From the IMG/VR virus record IMGVR_UViG_3300048848_000066, positions 1 through 37,821 of that record: a DNA stretch of 37,821 nucleotides; one strand, written 5' to 3'. Origin of the DNA: a virus. Lineage: Duplodnaviria > Caudoviricetes. Position 1 is the stretch's first letter. Each line of letters begins with the position of its first letter. Below the pieces are notes generated by a model. It saw only the letters and a list, made by a program, of their open reading frames with translations. It was not told where the DNA came from and did no database searches. A program made the translations under genes and the position numbers. Of the stretch, positions 34,969-37,821 are shown in pieces.

Positions 34969-35466
34969 ATGGCCGATCCAATTTTTCCCACCCTCAACGC
35001 CACGACGGGCAAGCTTGACGCCGACCTGCTCGACCTGGCCGGGGTCGCCCCTCTTGTCGGGGGAAAGGTGCCCGCGTCGTACCTCCCGGTGTCCTCGGGT
35101 GGCGGGGGTGTCGCCGCGACGCAGGTGGGCCTGAGCTACGCGGGTGTTCTCTCGCTGCGCGCGGGCCTGACTCGGATCCCTCTACCGTTCGCGCCTTGCA
35201 CGATCACCGGCGTTCGGATCATGGTCGGCGTGTCTCCGACGGGTGCGCCCGTGACCGTCGATGTCAATCTGAACGGTGCGACGATCTTTGCCAATCAGGC
35301 GGGGCGACCGTCGATCGCTGCGGGAACGATGACCGACGCGAAGGCTCTCGCGCTGGCGGTGCCTTCGGTGGCCGCTTGGCCCTACTTGACGTTCGACGTC
35401 GATTCGGTCGGATCGGGCACGAAGGGCAGTGACCTCGTGATCGTGGTGACGGTGGCCCCGGCGTGA
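34969..35466 (+). CDS. Minor tail/fibre-type beta-sandwich protein
   Basis: GVAPLVGGKVPASYLP fibre-linker motif; TITGVRIMVG..PTGA.VTVDVNLNG.TIF...LTFDVDSVGS. Confidence 0.62.
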   Translation: MADPIFPTLNATTGKLDADLLDLAGVAPLVGGKVPASYLPVSSGGGGVAATQVGLSYAGVLSLRAGLTRIPLPFAPCTITGVRIMVGVSPTGAPVTVDVNLNGATIFANQAGRPSIAAGTMTDAKALALAVPSVAAWPYLTFDVDSVGSGTKGSDLVIVVTVAPA

Positions 35467-36440
35467 TCGTGGAGGGCGGCTTCGAAGCGATCCCGAATGC
35501 CCCGGCGACTCTGCCCGGCTGGCACCAAGTGGACGGCGAGTGGGCCGGGCAGGAGGTGAACTACTCGGCGAGGCAGGCCGCGCTGGTGAGGGCGCTCGCG
35601 AGGATCCCCGCAAACCTCCGGGCGGACTTCGCCGCCATGCGCCTGGCCGTCTACTTCGGCCCGCTGGTCAGCCTGTTTCAACGGTTGAACGCGAGCCCCT
35701 ACGACAACGGCGCATTCTGGGCGAACACCGCCGCAATCTACAACGCGACGACCGACGCCCCACTCGTGCCCATGATCCTGATTCAGCGGGATGTTTCGGT
35801 GAGCGGTGACCTTGAGCAGATCCTGGTCCACGAAATGGGACACGCTGCGGGCTCGCTTCGACTGCTCGCGAATCCCGGCCTCTTTCCCGAGGTGCGCAGC
35901 TCGCGAGATAACGGGATCCTCCATCCCGACTTCGGTCTGCAATCGCTGTACTCCACCCGGATCCAGGCGAACATTCCAGCGGGCGAGTACGCGAAAGAGA
36001 ACGTGCTCGAGTTCGAGGCCGAGTTCTTCCGGAAATGGGTCTACGGCGATAGCACATACCTGAGCCGGATCACCGACGGGCCGAGCGTCAACCTCGGCCC
36101 GCTGTTCTATCGCGTGACCGATATCTTCGCCCGGTTCTTCGGCAACCTCGCGGGCGCTCCCGACGGGCGCTTCGGGATCATCGGGCGCTCATCCGGGCAG
36201 ACCGCAACCGGGGCGATTCCGCTCGAGCTCTTTGTCTCGCCGCAGCTCGCGGCCACGGCTGTTCGGGTGTCGATCGGTGGAGTATCGCGGCCCGCTGTTC
36301 TCGGCGCGGACTCGATCTGGACGGCGAGCCCGTGGGCGTCGACCTCGGTTGCCAACGGCGCGCACTTCGCCACCATCGTCGCGACGACGGCAGGCGGCGA
36401 GGTGAGCTCGAGCCAGGTATATCTCGACGTGAAGAACTAA
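35463..36440 (+). CDS. Zinc metallopeptidase (anthrax lethal factor/PPEP-like gluzincin) with a C-terminal Ig-like domain
   Basis: LVHEMGHAA and EYAKENVLEFEAEFFRKW; C-terminal WASTSVANGAHFATIVAT...V.N bacterial Ig-like pattern. Confidence 0.72.
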   Translation: MIVEGGFEAIPNAPATLPGWHQVDGEWAGQEVNYSARQAALVRALARIPANLRADFAAMRLAVYFGPLVSLFQRLNASPYDNGAFWANTAAIYNATTDAPLVPMILIQRDVSVSGDLEQILVHEMGHAAGSLRLLANPGLFPEVRSSRDNGILHPDFGLQSLYSTRIQANIPAGEYAKENVLEFEAEFFRKWVYGDSTYLSRITDGPSVNLGPLFYRVTDIFARFFGNLAGAPDGRFGIIGRSSGQTATGAIPLELFVSPQLAATAVRVSIGGVSRPAVLGADSIWTASPWASTSVANGAHFATIVATTAGGEVSSSQVYLDVKN

Positions 36441-36468
36441 GCGCCTGCTGCGGCGCTCGTGGACGAAC

Positions 36469-36507
36469 GAACCCCGCCTGGCCCTCACGGGTCAGGCGGG
36501 GTTCTTT
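36469..36507. terminator. Intrinsic terminator between convergent genes
   Basis: gaaccccgcctggccc-tcac-gggtcaggcggggttc-ttt. Confidence 0.8.
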
Positions 36508-36523
36508 GTCGTCCCTGCGGGTC

Positions 36524-36874
36524 TCAGGGCGCGGGACAGAGTGTTTGCGACGCGAAGGCGACGAACTCACCGAAGAGCGCGGCCTTGCCCGGGTCGGTCT
36601 CGCTGAGTCGAATGCTGGCCTGAGTCCCGGCCACGTTTTGCTCGAGCGTGTTGTCGGGGAAGTCGCGCGCCCATTCGGCGCACGTCGTGTGGCCGAAGTC
36701 GAGAGTGGCCGCGCTGAAGTCGGAAGACCACCCATAGCCGGCGGATTCCGCAGAGCCTCGGGCGAGGTCGAGATAGGCCGATTCCTCGGGCGTTCCGCTC
36801 GGGACGGTCGAGCATCCGGCGAGCAGAAGGGCGACCAGAGCGAGGGCGGCGGGGGCGATTCTTCGGGGTGTCAT
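36524..36874 (-). CDS. Lipoprotein (DUF732-like), probable moron
   Basis: Signal peptide with lipobox LAGC; AYLD...LDFGHTTC...ASQTLCP; TATGCT -10 box 7 nt upstream (leaderless). Confidence 0.75.
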   Translation of the reverse strand: MTPRRIAPAALALVALLLAGCSTVPSGTPEESAYLDLARGSAESAGYGWSSDFSAATLDFGHTTCAEWARDFPDNTLEQNVAGTQASIRLSETDPGKAALFGEFVAFASQTLCPAP

Positions 36875-36927
36875 GGCCCGAAGCATAGAGAGCCGAAGCG
36901 GCGAGCCGGTGCCCCTCTTTCGCACCG

Positions 36928-36953
36928 TGCCCCACGTTTGCCCCACGCGGCGT
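36928..36953. repeat. Candidate integrase arm-type sites, right copy
   Basis: Identical 26-mer to 2438-2463. Confidence 0.7.
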
Positions 36954-36970
36954 TTTCCGACTCTTCCGCC

Positions 36971-37004
36971 AAATGAAGAAACCCCCGGGTGACCGGGGGT
37001 TTCT
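36971..37004 (-). terminator. Phage-supplied terminator for the tRNA
   Basis: agaaacccccgg-gtga-ccgggggtttct; U-rich tail on the minus strand. Confidence 0.8.
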
Positions 37005-37005
37005 G

Positions 37006-37080
37006 TGGTGCCCTCGACTGGATTTGAACCAGCGACCTATTCCTTCGGAGGGAAGCGCTCTTCCGCTGAGCTACGAGGGC
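37006..37080 (-). tRNA. tRNA-Arg(CCG), integration target
   Basis: GCCCTCG TA GCTC AGCGGAA GAGC G CTTCC CTCCGAA GGAAT AGGTC GCTGG TTCAAAT CCAGT CGAGGGC A CCA cloverleaf; A20 arginine identity element. Confidence 0.9.
37008..37052. repeat. att core, right copy (within the tRNA)
   Basis: Identical to 2275-2319. Confidence 0.96.
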
Positions 37081-37150
37081 ATGCACCACAAAACCTACCA
37101 GACCCGTCCGCAACATCATCCCGAAACATTCGGGTGGCATGATGCTGCTC

Positions 37151-37821
37151 ATGAAGCGCTCCGTCTCCGCCCATATCGCCGTCCGCATCGACAGCCCGGT
37201 CACCATGGTCTTCGCCGCGTCGGTCGCCGAGGGCATCACGCGGGAGGTCGAGACGCTCGACTTCCGCTACGGGGGCAGCACGATCACTCCCGTCGAGATC
37301 AGCGACCTGCACGGCACACGCCTGCACCAGTTCACGGTGGGCGCCGGAACCCTCACCATGGACTACTGGGCCACCGTGACGGGTGAGGCGGTTCCTGCCG
37401 CGATAACGGCGATCGATCGAATCACCTACCTCAAGCCGAGTCGTTACTGCGAGTCCGACATCCTGCTGCCGACCGCCGTGTCCGAGTTCGCCGGGCTGAA
37501 GGGCAGGGCGCTGCTCGACGGTGTCAGCTCCTGGGTGGGCGACAAGCTGAGCTACGTGCCCGGCTCGAGTCTCCCCACCGACGGCGCCGTGCGCACCCTG
37601 CTGGCACGGCAGGGAGTGTGTCGCGACTACGCGCATCTCGTGGTGGCATTGCTGCGTGCGCTCGATGTGCCCGCGAGGCTCGTGGCGGTCTATGCACCCG
37701 GGCTCGATCCCATGGATTTCCACGCGGTGGCCGAGGCGTTCATCGACGGGGCCTGGCACATCGTGGATGCGACGGCGCTGGCTCCCCGCCAGAGCCTGGT
37801 GCGCATCTCCACGGGTCGCGA
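37151..37821 (+). CDS. Transglutaminase-like protein, 3' end outside window; host gene
   Basis: Manual translation: MKRSVSAHIAV...YLKPSRYCESD...GVCRDYAHL..ALLRALDVPAR...DFHAVAE...W..VDAT. Confidence 0.88.
   Translation, partial: MKRSVSAHIAVRIDSPVTMVFAASVAEGITREVETLDFRYGGSTITPVEISDLHGTRLHQFTVGAGTLTMDYWATVTGEAVPAAITAIDRITYLKPSRYCESDILLPTAVSEFAGLKGRALLDGVSSWVGDKLSYVPGSSLPTDGAVRTLLARQGVCRDYAHLVVALLRALDVPARLVAVYAPGLDPMDFHAVAEAFIDGAWHIVDATALAPRQSLVRISTGR

Larger units (their letters stand above)
2275..37052. mobile_element. Integrated temperate siphovirus prophage, apparently complete (about 34.7 kb)
   Basis: 45-bp terminal direct repeats matching the tRNA 3' half; integrase, immunity, replication, packaging, head, tail and lysis modules all present. 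Confidence 0.96.

Noticed and set aside
30635-36440. Diversity-generating retroelement or invertible tail cassette
   Set aside because: No reverse transcriptase or invertase gene, and no template/variable repeat pair seen; the Ig similarity is only at protein level
1-37821. CRISPR array or cas genes
   Set aside because: No regularly spaced repeat-spacer array and no Cas motifs seen

Overview
The window holds an apparently complete temperate siphovirus prophage of about 34.7 kb (2275-37052) in a high-GC actinobacterial chromosome (Microbacteriaceae-like, by inference). It is integrated in the 3' half of a tRNA-Arg(CCG) gene and bounded by a 45-bp att direct repeat. Host genes on the flanks are poxB (partial), a Pr6Pr-type membrane protein and a transglutaminase-like gene (partial). 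Left to right the prophage carries: tyrosine integrase and repressor (minus strand); cro, xis and early genes (YqaJ exonuclease, degenerate Bet-like annealase, HNH, DNA methylase, Rep, SSB, Zn-finger/HTH regulator, MazG-like); a dense regulatory locus near 14.7 kb; a metallophosphoesterase and an M23 endolysin; a reverse-strand RHH cassette; HNH, terminases and HK97-type head genes; tail genes with a -1 frameshift; holins; a post-holin Ig-domain module ending in an anthrax-lethal-factor-like zinc metallopeptidase; and a lipoprotein moron. The best leads are the LF-like peptidase module, the late control region (SOS-box-like and RecA-NDp-like motifs plus phased repeats shared with the att arm), a candidate pseudoknotted RNA before the endolysin, and the palindrome-controlled RHH cassette. 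All product calls come from motif recognition by eye; no database searches were run.
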